DNA of 64,000 nt from Squalus acanthias (taxonomy: Eukaryota), in the NCBI GenBank assembly GCA_030390025.1, contig CM059432.1, positions 11,222,001-11,286,000 on the forward strand, in the 5' to 3' direction. The notes under the pieces were generated by a model that was not told the DNA's origin, did not search any database, and worked only from the letters and a program-made list of their open reading frames with translations. The first letter of the stretch is position 1, and every line of letters begins with the position of its first letter. A program made the position numbers and the translations under genes. Shown in pieces: positions 1 to 13,313 of the stretch.

Positions 1-506
1 ATAGAGGGAGTGCAATGAAGGTTCACCAGACTGATTCCTGGGATGGGGCGATTGTCCTATGAGGAGAGATTGAGTAAACTAGGCCTATATTCTCTGGAGT
101 TTAGAAGAATGAGAGGTGATCTCATTGAAACATAGAAAATTCTTACAGGAATTGACAGGGTAGATGCAGGGAGGATGTTTCCCCTGGCTGGGGAGTCTAG
201 AACCAAGGGTCACAGTCTCCGAATAAGGCGTCGGCCATTTAGGACTGAGATGAAGAGAAATTTATTCACTCGGAGGGTGGTGAATCTTTGGAATTCTCTA
301 CCCCAGAGGTCTGTGGAGGCACTGTCGTGGAGTATATTCAAGACAGAGATCGCTAGATTTTTGGATATTAAGGGAATCAAGGGATATGGGGATAGTGCAG
401 GAAAATGGAATTGAAGTAGAAGATCAGCCATGATCTTATTGAATGGCGGAGCAGGCTCAAGGGGCCGAATGGCCTCCTCCTGCTTCTATTTCTTATGTTC
501 TTATGT
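1..506 (+). mobile_element. CR1 LINE 3' end (ORF2 C-terminus plus tail)
   Basis: Encodes ...MFPLAGESRTKGHSLRIRRRPFRTEMKRNLFTRRVVNLWNSLP; ends in the ggagcagg stem-loop and (ttcttatg)n tail shared by the other CR1 copies here. Confidence 0.9.
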
Positions 507-1049
507 TCATTGCATTTCTTGTGCTAAGTTTTTTAAATTTTCAGTCCCAATACTTTGCTGTGAGAGGAATGCCAGACCATGCTGTTTGATTCAACTAAAA
601 TGGGCTGGAATTTGCTGGAAACTTGCCCGGGGAATGTGCGCCATTATTCCATTGTAAAAGTTAAAGGAAATAATGGCATAAATAAGTTATGCCATTATTT
701 ACGCTGCACCACAATTTCCTGGGACTTTTGTGCCGGTCCACCGACGACCTTGCCTGAACTGAGAAAAGTTCATTATCATAGCCCTGTCCACCATTTCAGT
801 CAATGACGAGCACAGATTTCCTACATTTACAACCCCCTTTTTCTCACTAGACTGGAAAATAACAGCACAGGTGACTTAGTATTGACATGATTTATGGCCT
901 TCGTATGACTTTCGGCTTGGCAATCCAACAAAGGGACCATTAAAGCTGTGAAGCCTCACCCCTGCAGTCTGGTAATTGTTTTCAGATTTTGTTATTTTCC
1001 AATTCTCTCAGTTTTAGCAGTCTTTTCTTGCCAGTTTTGCCATGCAGAG

Positions 1050-1322
1050 TCCTGTTAGTGTCTGACTTATTCAGCAGGGGTGGAAAAGGAGGTGGATGGA
1101 TTCTGGAGGGTTGTCTGAAGGCACCATTCCACCTCGCCAACAATGCAGCATAGGAGAGGAACATCCATGCACAGCCGGCGACCTGTCAGGTGGTGCAGAG
1201 GGCCATCTGGGTGCTTAAAGCACACTTCAGGTACCTGGACAGGTCAGTGGTGTCCTATAGTACACCCCTGATAAAGTGCCAAAGATTTCAGTGACCTGCT
1301 CTTATGTATACAATTTTGCCTC
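1050..1322 (+). pseudogene. Degenerate PIF/Harbinger (HARBI1-like) transposase C-terminal fragment
   Basis: Manual translation gives VSDLFSRGGKGGGWILEGCLKAPFHLANNAA*ERNIHAQPATCQVVQRAIWVLKAHFRYLDRS, then after a frameshift GVL*YTPDKVPKISVTCSYVYNFAL. This follows the Harbinger motif order GWLLGD...YNxAH..TR..IERxxGxLKxRFRCLDxS.G.LQYxPxKV..I...C..LHN. A TIR-like gggctggaattt lies upstream at ~602. Confidence 0.75.
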
Positions 1323-1371
1323 GTTCCCCACCCCCCACTCCCCTAACATTACATGAGCCAAATTTTTTTTT

Positions 1372-2866
1372 CCGTTCCTGGGATGTGGGCATCACTGGCA
1401 ATTTATTGCCCATCCCTAATTGCCCTCAAGAAGGTGGTGGTGAGCCGCCGCCTTGAACCGTTGCAGTCTTTGTGGTGAAGGTACTCCCACAGTGCTGTTA
1501 GGGAGGGAGTTCCAGGATTTTGACCCAGTGACGATGAAGGAACGGCGATATATTTCCAAGTCAGGATGGTGTGCAACTTGCAGGTGGTAGTGTTTCCATG
1601 CGCCTGCTGCCCTTGTCCTTCTAGGCGGTAGAGGTCGCGCGTTTGGGAGGTGCTGCCGAAGTAGCCATGGCGAGTTGCCGCAGTGCACCTTGTAGATGGT
1701 ACACACTGCAGCCATGGTATGCCTGTGTTGAAGGTGAGACACTCGCCGCAGAATACCCAGCCTCTGACCTGCTCTTGTAGCCACAGTATTTACGTGGCTG
1801 GTCCAGTTAAGTTTCTGGTCAATGGTGACCCTCAGGATATTGATAGTGGGGGATTCGGCGATGGTGATGCCGTAGAGTGTCAAGGGGTCGTGGTTAGACG
1901 TTCGCTTGTTGGAGATAGTCATTGACTGGCACTTCTGTGGCGCGACTGTTACCTGCCACTTATCAGCCCAAGCCTGAATGTCGTCCAGGTCTTGCTGCAT
2001 GCGGGCATGGACTGCTTCATTATCTGAGGAGTTGCGAATGTCACTGAACACTGTGCAGTCATCAGCGAACATCCCCACTTCTGATCTTATGATGGAGGGA
2101 AGGTCATTGATGAAGCAACTGAAGAGGGTTAGGCCTAGGACACTGCCCTGAGGAACTCCTGCAGCGATGTCCTGGGGCTGTGATGATTGACCTCCAACCA
2201 CCAAACCTTCTTCCTTTGTATTAGGTATGACTCCAGCCAATGGAGAGTTTTCCCCCCTATTCCCATTGACTTTAGTTTTACTAGGGCTCCTTGATGCCAC
2301 ACTCGGTCAAATGCTGCCTTGATGTCATGTGCAGTCGCTCTTACCTCACCTCTGGAATTGAGCTTTTTTGTCTATGTTTGGACCAAGGCTGTAGTGAGGT
2401 CTGGAGCCGAGTGGTCCTGGCAGAACCCAAACTGGGCATCAGTGAGCAGGTTATTGGTGAGCAAGTGCTGCTTGATAGCACTGTTGATGACACCTTCCGT
2501 CACTGCTGATGATTTAGAGTAGACTGATGGGGCAGTAATTAGCCGGATTTGATTTTTCCTGCTTTTTGTGGACAGGACATACCTGGGCAGTTTTCCACAT
2601 GGTTGGATAGATGCCAGTGTTGTAGCTGTATTGGAACAGCGCAGCTAGTTCTGGAGCACAAGTCTTCAGCATGATAGTCGGGATGTTGTCGGGGCCCACA
2701 GCCTTTGCTGTATCCAGTGCGCTCAGGCATTTCTTGATACCACGTGGAGTGAATCGAATTGGCTGAAGACTGGCTTCTGTAGTGGTGGGGACCTCAGGAG
2801 GAGGCCGATATGGATCATCCACTTGGCACTTCTGGCTGAAGATGGTTGCAAACACTTCAGCTTTGT
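1372..2866 (-). mobile_element. CR1-group LINE family A, 5'-truncated and internally deleted
   Basis: RT motifs GVPQGSVLG and FADD in ORF 1416..2300; 3' end matches 25095-25150 (gggcaattagggatgggcaataaat...cccacatcc). Confidence 0.9.
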
Positions 2867-3699
2867 CTGTTGCATGCGTCCCCTACATGTCAGTACCCTC
2901 ACGGTGCGACATGTAGGTGGGAATGTCCGCTCCACTTCTGCTTTTCTCTCTGGGGCAGTCTCCCTCTGTCTGCCGCCCCCCCCCCCCCCTGTTCCTCGTC
3001 CTCCTGCTCAGTCTCTGCCTCTGCACTCTCCCCTGGTGTACTCCAGCCAGTGGTGGACCTGGGGAAGCAAGGATAGAAGGTTACAATGGTGCAACATGTC
3101 CATTCTTCAGATTAGATACTCAACATTACATTCAATCTAGAACATGGAAAACGGCCATCAGACCCAACTGGTCCTTGCATGCCACACGAGCATCCTCCCA
3201 CTCTAATTTCCTCCTACCCTGCACCTACAAGTCAAAACAGTTTCTCCAAATCCAGCCTATCGAACCTCTGCATAATTTTAAGTACCTCTATTGGGCCTCC
3301 TCTTAATCTTATCCTGGGTCAAATTGTTGCTCAGGAGACAAAGCAAGAGACTATAAAACTCAGCTCTGTACAGCACTGACCTCAGCTTGCACCACAGGCG
3401 CAGCACCATGGAATCCCTGCAGCTGCAGAGACCTCTCCTCATGAGCAAGCTGCTTCAAGTAGAGAGTTCCCGTTCCAGTCGTGGTGCGTTATGTGGCAAT
3501 TTGCCCTGTGGTGGGAACACACGAAAAAGGTTAGTTGAGTTGGCGTGCGCAAGTTGCAGATGTCGTTTTACAGTCGTTGTAATGTGTCCTTCAGCAGAGA
3601 CATGAAGTAGCCGAATTCATCAGCAGCCCACTTTGAAAAGGATGTTGTTCCTGCCGACACACTTTATGACTATTAATTTGCTTTGGGTTCTGTCTAGAG

Positions 3700-3890
3700 C
3701 AGGGGTGTCAAACTCAATTTACATGGTGGGCCTAAAGCCGTCTAGCTCGAGCCTTCCTGTTACAGAGACAAGTTTCCCTTATATTCTCTCTCACTTTTAA
3801 TAAGATCTGAAAGCCTTGCCTTGCCCTGGTCAGGCCATTATACTTTTTCCGGCACTGGTCGCTCGAGGGGGGCCTTGGCAATCTCCCTCC
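3700..3890. mobile_element. Possible hAT (Charlie-like) element end
   Basis: CAGGGGTGTCAAACTC immediately after tctagag, typical of hAT termini and their target preference; no matching second terminus found. Confidence 0.35.
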
Positions 3891-3997
3891 ATGCCACTTG
3901 GCTTATCTTGTGGGGAGGCCTTGGTATTCCAAGTAGTCGGTATTGCCTTTGCTCCACCTCATCCAGGAGGGCTCACAGGTCCTTGTTCCTCAAGTTC

Positions 3998-4615
3998 ATA
4001 GAATGATACAGCACAGGAGGAGGCCACTTGGCCCATTGTGCCTGTGCCTGCTTTTTGAAGAGCGATCCAATCATTCCTACTCCTGCTCTTTCTTCATAAC
4101 CCTGCAAATTCTTCCTTTTCAAATATGTATCCAATTCCCTTTGAAAGTTACTATTGAACTTCCACCACCCTTTCAGGCAGTGCATTCCAGATTATCATAA
4201 CCCGCACAAAAAAAAATTCTAATTTCCCAACTGGATGTTTTGCCATTTACCTTAAATTTGTGTCCTCTGGTTACCGACCCTCCTTCCAGTGGAAACAGTT
4301 TTTCCCTATCAAAACCCCTCATAATTTTGAACACCTCTATTAAATCTCTCCTTTAACCTTCTCTGCTCTAAGAACCACAACCCCAGTTTCTCTAGTCTCT
4401 CCATATAACTGAAGTCCCTCATCCCTGGTACCATTCTGGGAAATCCCTTCTGCACCCTCTCCAAGGCCTTGACGTCCTTGGACACAATACTTTAGCTGAG
4501 GCCTAACCAGTGATGTTAAAGGTTTGCCATAACTTCCTTGCTTTTGTACTCTGTGCCTCTATTTATAAAGCCAAGGATCCGTATATTTTTTTAACAGCCG
4601 TATCATCTTTTGCAG
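3998..4615 (-). mobile_element. Degraded CR1 3' fragment
   Basis: Reverse strand shows CR1 ORF2 C-terminal motifs and tail (ORF 3973..4185 ...FQRELDTYLKRKNLQGY). Confidence 0.75.
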
Positions 4616-6169
4616 CCTGATCTACAAAGATAGCAAATTTTGTCTGATTATGCCCCTGTAAGGCCCCTTGGGGCATTTTACTACGTTAAAAGCGCCATGT
4701 AAAAGCAAGATGATCGATTGAAAAGAACATTCATATCTGAGTAGGCAAAGTTACTTAAAAAATATCAATGATTCCTACACAATTTCAAGAAAGCAGTCAA
4801 AATATCACAACAAAATTCTCTTTTGAAGCTATAATTGCAGAGTTTTTGCAGCTGCTGCTGTTAGTTGGACCAAGAGTGACTCTTGCTGACAAACACAGAG
4901 TATGTTGGTTTAGTCAGTTTCATCAGCAGTATGAATATTGGAAACTGATGCTATTTGCTTTATTCAAGGTGTGACTTTCTTAACCTACTTAAAATGCTTA
5001 TTTAAATTGGTTCCTATTAGATTAGGTTTTGAATTGAGAAGGAATCTATATAGTTTCATATCTTCATGAATGACACGTCTGGAAGAGGGGAGTGATATTT
5101 GTGAGATCAATGTGCTAGGTATGAGTAAAGAAGAAAATCGTATGTGGCCAGGAGTGTTTAGGGAGTAAGTTGTCCCGTAGTTTTTGCAACTTACTCTGCT
5201 GCTGTTCTGTTGGTATGAAGATTTTTTTTATTTTGGGTACTTCCTTGAAATTGCCACCATTTACTTTCCATTTTATGTTTTATTCCAATGGGAAGCTGCA
5301 GGGCAGGGATTGGGAACATTTGGGTGGAAGTGGGAGGTGAATTTTGTTGTTGAGGAAAACAGGGAAAGCAAGAGAAAATGGAGCGACCAAGAAGTGAGGA
5401 GCGAAAGTGGTGGGAAGAGGCAGTGTTATAAATTTGGGTCTGCTGTAGATACCTTCTGAGATTCAGTAGTGTCGGCCATTCCCATAAGCAATTTGCGTAT
5501 CTTTTATGCGCGTTGACTGACACTGCCTTTTATATACTTATGTAACGCAGGGTTGTAACAGTCGTATCCCCTTGTGACCTAATTGGGATATTTGTGTGTT
5601 TTACGTGTATGCTGTTTCAATCTCTCCGAAAGCAGACTGAGCAAACACTTGGTGAGATGAGGCCTGATTCAAATCAATAAGCTGCTTTATTTCACAATTA
5701 GGTGAACATGGAGTTTTCCTGTTCTCCATAAATTACTGGGGTGGTGTTTTCATTAAAGTCAGTCTCATACGTACTCTCACCCAACTCTGTCTTCATTTCC
5801 CTTTTCCCCTCTCTGGCTGCAGCAATTGTAAAACTGAGTAAGATAAAGTCCAAACACCCCAAGGCAGCCCACCCACCTTATCTTTTTCTCTCTCTCTCCC
5901 TGGTCTCTTCGTCTTGAGGGAAAATAAAGAGAAACAATTCATCCACTTCTCTCCCTACTTTCCTCTGTCTTTTCTTCATTGTAGATGTTTTGTTCTTTCC
6001 TTCTTTGTTCTTGTATGATTTCTATAAGAAATGCACTGCACACCTTACTCAAGGTAGCTCAAATTGAAATGATTTCAGTTAAAGCGATTTCAGGGATTCA
6101 GATTCAGCAGAATTGGATAAAAAGTCGGTGGGGGGTGGCGGTGTGGTGGGTGTAGTTTTTACTTACTTC

Positions 6170-7840
6170 GGATATACGGCACAGAAACAGGCCATTCGGC
6201 CCAACCAGTCCATGCCGGCGTTTATGCTCCACACGAGCCTCCTCCCGTCTTTCCTCATCTAAATCTATCAGCATAATCCTCTATTCCCTTCTCCCTCATA
6301 TGCTTGTCCAGCCTTCCCTTAAATGCATCTATACTGTTCGCTTCAGCCACTCCCTGTGGTAGCGAGTTCCACATTCTCACCACTCTCTGGGTAAAGAAGT
6401 TTCTTCTGAATTCCCTATTGGATTTCTTGGTGACTATCTTATATTGATGGCCTCTAGTTATGCTCTTCCCCACAAGTGGAAACATTCTCTCTCTATCCAC
6501 TCTATCAAAATGTTTCATAATTTTTAAAGACCTCTATTAGGTCACCCCTCAGCCTTTTTTCAAGAGAAAAGAGACCCAGCCTATTCATCCTTTCCTGATA
6601 TGTATACCCTCACATTTCTGGTATCATCCTTGTAAATCTTCTCTGCACCCTCTCCAGTGCCTCTATATCCTTTTTATAATATGGCAACCAGAACTGTACG
6701 CAGTACTAACCAAGGTTCGATACAGGTTTAGCATAACTTCCCTACTTTTCAATTCTGTGCCTCTAGAAATAAACCCTAGTGCTTGGTTTGCTTTTTTTTA
6801 TGGCCTTGCTAACCTGCATCGCAACTTTTAGTGATTTGTGTATTTGTGCTCCGAGATCCCTTTGTTCCTCTAACCCACCTAGACTCGCACCCTCCAAGTG
6901 ATAAGTGACCTCCCTATTCTTCCTACCAAAATGTAATACCTCACATCTATCTGTGTTGAACTTCACTTGCCAATTATATGCCCATTGTGCAAGTTTATTA
7001 ATGTCCTCCTGTAACTTGTTGCAGTCCGTGCTTGTTGCATCCGGCATGGATTCGATGGGCTGAATGGCCGCCTTCTGTGCCATTATGACTCTATGACTCC
7101 TCCTCAGTATTGACTATCCCCTCCCAATTTGGTGTTACCCACAAATTTAGAAATTGTGTTTTTGATTCCTAAGTCTAAATTGTTGATGTAAATTTTGAAC
7201 AGCAGTGGTCCCAGCACTGATCCTTGTGGAACACCACTCCCCACCTTCTGCCACTGTGAATAGCTACCCTTTACTCCTACTCTCTGCTTTCTGTCCTGAA
7301 GCCAGCCAGCAATCCATTCTGCTACTTATCCCCTGACTCTGCATTCTCTGACCTTATTCATCAGTCTTTTATGGGGTACCTTATCAAGGCCTTTTGAAAA
7401 TCCAGATAAATTACATCTCTGCATTACCATTGTCTACTCTCTCTGTTACCTCATCAAAAAATTCAATAAGGTTGGTCAAGCAAGACTTTCCCTTTTGAAA
7501 TCCATGTTGACTATTCATTGTTATATTTTTGGTTTCCAGATGTTATTCTGTTTTCTCCTTTAGTAGGGATTCCATTATTTTTCCTACCACCAATGTTAAG
7601 CTGACTTGTCTATAATTCCCTGGGCATGTTCTATCGCCCTTCTTAAATATCGGTATTACGTTAGCTATGCGCCAGTCCTCTGGCACTATACTTTTTCTAA
7701 TGAATTATTAAATATGCGTAGTAATGCCTCTGCTATCTCTTCCCTCGATTCTTTTAAAATGCGTGGATGCAATCCATCCGGACCAGGGATTTTATCCTCT
7801 TTGAGTTTGATACATTTATTTAATATATCCCCATTTTGTT
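6170..7840 (-). mobile_element. CR1 LINE, 5'-truncated, with a small + strand CR1 tail nested at ~7028-7097
   Basis: ORFs 6255..6518 and 6763..7083 are CR1 RT C-terminal pieces; the nested tail gatgggctgaatggcc...tatgactctatgac interrupts gcagtcc|tcctcag. Confidence 0.85.
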
Positions 7841-7879
7841 AACGAACATTTAATTGTTCTAGAGAGAGAGAGATTGTCA

Positions 7880-9580
7880 TGTGTGGCACGACCACCGTGC
7901 CAAGTCGGATAGAGTAAGAACAGATCTAGCAGCTCAAAACTGGGCACCGTGATGCGCTATGGACCATCCGCTGCAGCAGAATTGTAGACCACCACACTCT
8001 AACCTCATGGCCTGGCATATTCCTCACTTTTCTATCACCATCAAGCCAGTTGACCAACCCTGATTCAATGAGGCGTGTAGAAGAGCATGCCGGGAGCAGC
8101 ACAAGGCATAACTGAAAATAAGGAGCCAAGCTGGTGAAGCTACAACACAGGACTACATGCATGCTAAACAGTGGAAGTAGCATGCTAGAGACAGAGCTAA
8201 ACGATCCCACAACCAGTGGCTCAGATCAAAGCTCTGCAGTTCTGCCACATCCAGTCGTGAATGGTGGATGACAATTAGCACCTAACGGGAGGAGGAAGCT
8301 CCATGAACATTCGCATCCTCAACGATGACGAAGCCCAGCACTGGAGTGCACAAGACGTTTGTAATTGTAATCAGCCAGAATTGCCAAGTGGATGATCCTT
8401 CTCAGCCTCCTCCTGTGGTCCTTACCATCACAGATGCCAGTTTTCAGCCAATTTGACTCTCACGACGTGACATCAAGAAACAGCTGAGAGCACTGGACAC
8501 AGCAAAGGCTACAGGCCCTGACAAAATCCTGGCTATAGTGCTAAAGACCTGTGCTCCAGAACTAGCTTAGCTGTTCCAGTACAGGTACAACACTGGCATC
8601 TACCTGACTATGATGGTTGTAGGTTGTTGGAGGCCAATCATCTCTACCCCAGGACGTCTCTGCAAGCATTCCTCAGGTCATTGCGTTGGGCTCAACTATC
8701 TTGAGCTGCTTTATCAATAACCTCCCATTCATTATAAAGTCAAAAGTGGGGCTGCTTATTGGTTGCAGTGTTCAGCTCCATTTGAAGTTCCTCAGATAAT
8801 GAAGTAGTCCATGGCTGCATGCAGCAAGACATGGACAACATCCAGGCTTGGGCTGGGGCTGATGTGGCAAGTAACAGTCGTAGCACATGAGTGCCAGGCA
8901 ATGACCATCTTCAACAAGAGAGAGTCTGACCACCTCCCCATGACATTCAATGGCATTCCCATCGCCACATCCCCCCACCATGTACATTTTGGGATCACCA
9001 TTGATCAGAAACAGGTCAGAGGCTGGGTATCCCCTGCAGCATCTCCTGGCTCCCCAAAGCCTCTCCATCACATACAAGGTACGTCAGAAGTTTGATGGAA
9101 TATGCTCCACTTGCCTGGAAGGGTGCAGCTGCAACAACACTCAAGGAGCTCGACACCATCCAGGAGAAAGCGGTCCACTTGATTGGCACCTCGTCCATTG
9201 CCTAAATATCCATCCCCATCACTACCGGCCTACCGTGGCTGCAGTGTGTCCTATCTGTAGGATGCACTGCAGCAACTCACTAAGGCTTCTTTGGTAGCTC
9301 CTCCCAATCCTACGATCTCAACCACCTTGAAGGACAAGGGAAGCAGGTGCATGGGAACACCACCTTCAAGTTCCCTTCCCAGATCACTCACCATCCTGAT
9401 TTGGACATCTATAGTCATTCCTTCATCGCTGGGTCAAAATCGGGGAACTCCCTACCAGGGAGCACTTTCATCACAGAGACTGCAGTGGTTCAAGAAGAAG
9501 GCACACCACCTTAAGGGCAACTGGATGGGCAATAAATGCTGGACTTGCCAGCTATGCCCACATCATAAGTGAATAAAATA
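7880..9580 (+). mobile_element. CR1-group LINE family A, degraded
   Basis: Colinear with 22910-25150 with deletions; ends ...gggcaataaatgctggacttgccagc. Confidence 0.85.
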
Positions 9581-9999
9581 CAAGTAAATCTCATGTATAG
9601 TTGTTTTCTGCTGTTACGAATTTGTTTGCAGTAGACACCTTCTTTGGTTGAATGGCGTCAGTCACTCCTGTAACTGGTCTGAATGCCTTACTTTACTGGG
9701 AATTGATTCACACTGTTCTATATTTGTATGGTAGTGGCATCAGGACTGTAACAATGGAACTTTTATGTGATCGGGAGTGGATCCTCTATGTCTTACACCA
9801 GTGTATTTCTTAAATCATTTCTTCAAAGTTGGAAACTGAGTTAACACCAAGTTCAATTAGTACATTTTTATATTTGTGCAATAATACAAAGTAAAGAACA
9901 CATGATTAGACCCCCACTCCAGAATCATCAACAGCTACCATCTGAAAAAATGAGGGCAGAGGTTATGGTCTGAAATTGTTGACCTTGATTTTGAATGGA

Positions 10000-10213
10000 C
10001 TCTGCTATTCACATTTACACCACTTCTAGACCAATCTCGTTTTTCTTTACTTGTCCCATTACCATCTCCTTTTGCTTTGTACAATCGTACCTTTTGTCAT
10101 TTAATCTCTCCTGCCTTCCACAGACCTTCCCTTTTGTTGTTTCCTCACCTCCCCCTTTTCCCTGCCTCTGCACTTGCTTAAAACCTGCTATATCTCTAAC
10201 TTTTTCCAGTTCC
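10000..10213 (+). repeat. Penelope-like element terminal-region fragment
   Basis: Pyrimidine-rich segment similar to 45340-45485, ending at ccagttc just before where the hammerhead core sits in that copy. Confidence 0.45.
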
Positions 10214-10499
10214 CATGACTGGATGCCGTTACTTGCCCAATACCCTGATGATAGATAATGAGTCCAGGGGTTGCAAAGAGTACTCTTTTTACTATATTCC
10301 AGCATACTACGTATACCACTTACTATCACATGATTTCCTTTACTTTGATAGATGGAAGAATTAACTCTATAGTTAAGACCATAAACTACTGGTAAGATTT
10401 ATTGAGTAGGGGAAAGAGGAGGCACATAAGAATTTGTTGAGTAGGGAACAGGGAGTGACTGAGAAGGGGAAGGAGAAGACCTTGGGAGGGAGAGGAGAG

Positions 10500-13035
10500 G
10501 GCATTAAAAGGGAAATTAGAGAAGCATGCAGTAAGGGCACAGCAGTCATCATGGGTGACTTTAATTTACATATAGATTGGGCTAACCAAATTAGTAAAAA
10601 TACTGTGGAGGAGTAATTCCTAGAATGTTTACGGGATGGTTTTCTGGAACAATATGTCGAGGAACCAACCAGAGATCAGGCCATCTTAGACTGGGTATTA
10701 TGTAACGAGAAAGGATTAATTAGCAATCTTGTTGTATGAGGCCCCTTGGGTCAGAGTGATCATAATATGATAGAATTCTTCATTAGGATGGAGAGTGAAG
10801 TAGTTGAATCAGAGACTAGGGTCCTGAATTTAAATAAAGGAAACTACGATGGTATGAGGCGCGAATTGGGTAGGATTGATTGGGGAATGTCACTCAAGGG
10901 GTTGACGGTGGATAGGCAATGGCAAACATTCAAAGACTGCATGGATGAACTACAGAATTTGCTCATCCCAGTGTGGCATAAGAATAAAACAAGAAGGGTG
11001 ACTCAACCGTGGCTAACAAGGGAAATTAGGGATAGCATAAGATCCAAGGAGAGGGCATATAAATTAGCCAGAAAAAGCGGTAACCCTGAGGATTTGGAGC
11101 AGTTTAGGATTCAACAAAGGAGGACAAAGGGATTAATTAAGAAGGGGAAAATAGAATATGAAAGTAAGCTTGCAGGGAACATAAAAACTGACTAAGAGCT
11201 TTTATAGATATGTGAAGAGAAAAAGATTAGTGAAATCAAGTGTAGGTCCCTTGCAGTCAGAAGCGGGGGAAGTTATAATGGGGAACAAAGAAATGGCAGA
11301 CCAATTAAATGCATATTTTGGTTCTGTCTTCACAAAGGAGGACACAAATAACCTCCCAGAGATGTTGGAGAACATAGGGTCTGATAAAAGGGAGGAACTG
11401 AAAGAAATCAGTATTTGCAGGGAAATGGTGTTAGGGAAATTGATGGGATTGAAGGCCGATAAATCCCCAGGGCCTGATAATCTACATCCTAGGGTACTTA
11501 AGGAAGTGGCCCTAGAAATAGTAGATGCATTGCTGATCATTTTCCAACATTCGATGGAATCTGGAACTGTACTCATGGATTGGAGGGTAGCTAATGTTAC
11601 CCCACTATTCAAAAAGGGTGGTAGAGAGAAAGCGGGGAATTACAGACCGGTAAGCCTGACATCGGTAGTGGGGAAAATGCTAGAGTCCATTATAAAGGAT
11701 GTAATAGCTGAGCACTTGAAAAACAGTGACCGGATCGGACAAAGTCAACATGGATTTACAAAAGGTAAATCGTGCTTGACTAATCTACTGGAATTTTTTG
11801 AGGATGTAACTGGGAAAATAGATAAGGGAGAACCAGTAGATGTGGTGTATTTGGCCTTTCAAAAGGCTTTCGATAAGGTCCCGCATAAGAGATTAGCGTG
11901 TAAAGTTAAGGCACATGGGATTGGGGGCAAGGTATTGACTTGGATAGAGAACTGGTTGGCAGACAGAAAGCAGAGAGTTGGAATTAATGGGTCTTTTTCC
12001 GAGTGGCAGGCAGTGACTAGTGGGGTATCGCAGGGTTCGGTCCTTGGACCCCAGCTATTCACAATATACATTAATGATCTAGATAAGGGAACTAAATGTA
12101 ATATCTCCAAGTTTGCAGATGACACAAAGCTGGGTGGGCGTGTGTGCTCCGAGGAGGATACTGAGAAACTCCAGGATGATTTGGACAGGTTGGGTGAGTG
12201 GGCAGAAGCGTGGCAGATGCAATATAACGTGGATAAATGCGAGGTTATCCACTTTGGTGTCAAAAACAGAAAGGCAGACTATTATCTGAATGGCAATAGA
12301 TTGGGAGAAGGGGAAGTGCAACGAGACCTGGGTGTCCTTGTGCACCAGTCGCTGAAGGTAAGCATGCAGGTGCAGCAGGCGGTGAAGAAGGCAAATGGTA
12401 TGTTGGCCTTCATAGCGAAAGGGTTTGAGTATAGGAACAGGGATGTCCTGCTGCAGTTGTACAGGGCCTTGGTGAGACCACACCTTGAGTACTGTGTGCA
12501 GTTTTGGTCGCCTTATCTGAGGAAGGATGTTCTTGCCATGGAAGGAGTTCAGCGAAGATTCACAAGGCTGATACCTGGGATGGCAGGAATGACATATGAG
12601 GAGAGATTGGGTCGATTGGGCTTATACTCGCTGGAGTATAGAAGAATGAGAGGGGATCTCATCGAAACATATAAAATTCTGACAGGCCTGGACAAACTAG
12701 ATGCAGGAAGAATGTTCCCGATGGTCGGAGAGTCCAGAACCAGGGGTCATAATCTAAGGATAAGGGGTAAGCCATTTAGGACAGAAATGAGGAAGAATTT
12801 CTTCACCCAGAGAGTGGCGAACCTGTGGAATTCTCTACCACAGAAGGTAGTTGAGGCCAAGTCATTAAATATATTCAAGAAGGAGTTCGATATATTTCTT
12901 AAGGCTAAAGGGATATGGGGAGAAAGCAGGGACAGGGTACTGAATTTGGATGATCAGCCATGATCTCATTAAATGGCGGAGCAGGCTCGAGGGGCCGAAT
13001 GGCCTACTCCAGCTCCTATCTTCTATGTTTCTATG
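10500..13035 (+). mobile_element. CR1 LINE, 5'-truncated within the endonuclease
   Basis: APE motifs MGDFN and SDH, RT ORF 11212..12963, tail ctatcttctatgtttctatg; stops and frameshifts upstream of the RT ORF. Confidence 0.95.
11212..12963 (+). CDS. CR1 ORF2 reverse-transcriptase segment (583 aa, TE-derived)
   Basis: Motifs KSPGPD, NYRPVSLTS, QHGF, AFQKAFDKV (normally DFQKAFD; the Asp is lost), QGSVLGP, FADD, LGV. Confidence 0.85.
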   Translation: MKRKRLVKSSVGPLQSEAGEVIMGNKEMADQLNAYFGSVFTKEDTNNLPEMLENIGSDKREELKEISICREMVLGKLMGLKADKSPGPDNLHPRVLKEVALEIVDALLIIFQHSMESGTVLMDWRVANVTPLFKKGGREKAGNYRPVSLTSVVGKMLESIIKDVIAEHLKNSDRIGQSQHGFTKGKSCLTNLLEFFEDVTGKIDKGEPVDVVYLAFQKAFDKVPHKRLACKVKAHGIGGKVLTWIENWLADRKQRVGINGSFSEWQAVTSGVSQGSVLGPQLFTIYINDLDKGTKCNISKFADDTKLGGRVCSEEDTEKLQDDLDRLGEWAEAWQMQYNVDKCEVIHFGVKNRKADYYLNGNRLGEGEVQRDLGVLVHQSLKVSMQVQQAVKKANGMLAFIAKGFEYRNRDVLLQLYRALVRPHLEYCVQFWSPYLRKDVLAMEGVQRRFTRLIPGMAGMTYEERLGRLGLYSLEYRRMRGDLIETYKILTGLDKLDAGRMFPMVGESRTRGHNLRIRGKPFRTEMRKNFFTQRVANLWNSLPQKVVEAKSLNIFKKEFDIFLKAKGIWGESRDRVLNLDDQP

Positions 13036-13313
13036 AAGAGTGCTGAGGAAGGTGAGATCAGCAGATCCAGATCAACGAAGGTACGACAATTAAGGCATAG
13101 AACAGCAGCCATCGGGGAGGAGAAATACAGCGGGTAGGTGGGGTGAGAGGATGGGAAATACATTTGGGGGAGGGGGGGGTTACTCTAAAAGGGAAATGAA
13201 GTGGGGCAGGGGTAGCCTGTGAGGGGCAACTACAGTTAGTGGAGGGGGGGGCGGAATGATTGGCAGCCAGTGGGTGGAGTAGAATGGGAAATCCAGCCAG
13301 CAGGATGAGAAGT

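Noticed and set aside
5541..5770. Possible reverse-oriented LTR starting TGTAAC
   Set aside because: No matching CA end with a TSD could be identified.
11212..12963. Active or domesticated reverse transcriptase gene
   Set aside because: Part of a 5'-truncated CR1 with a broken endonuclease, a GTG start and a D-to-A change in the DFxKAFD motif.
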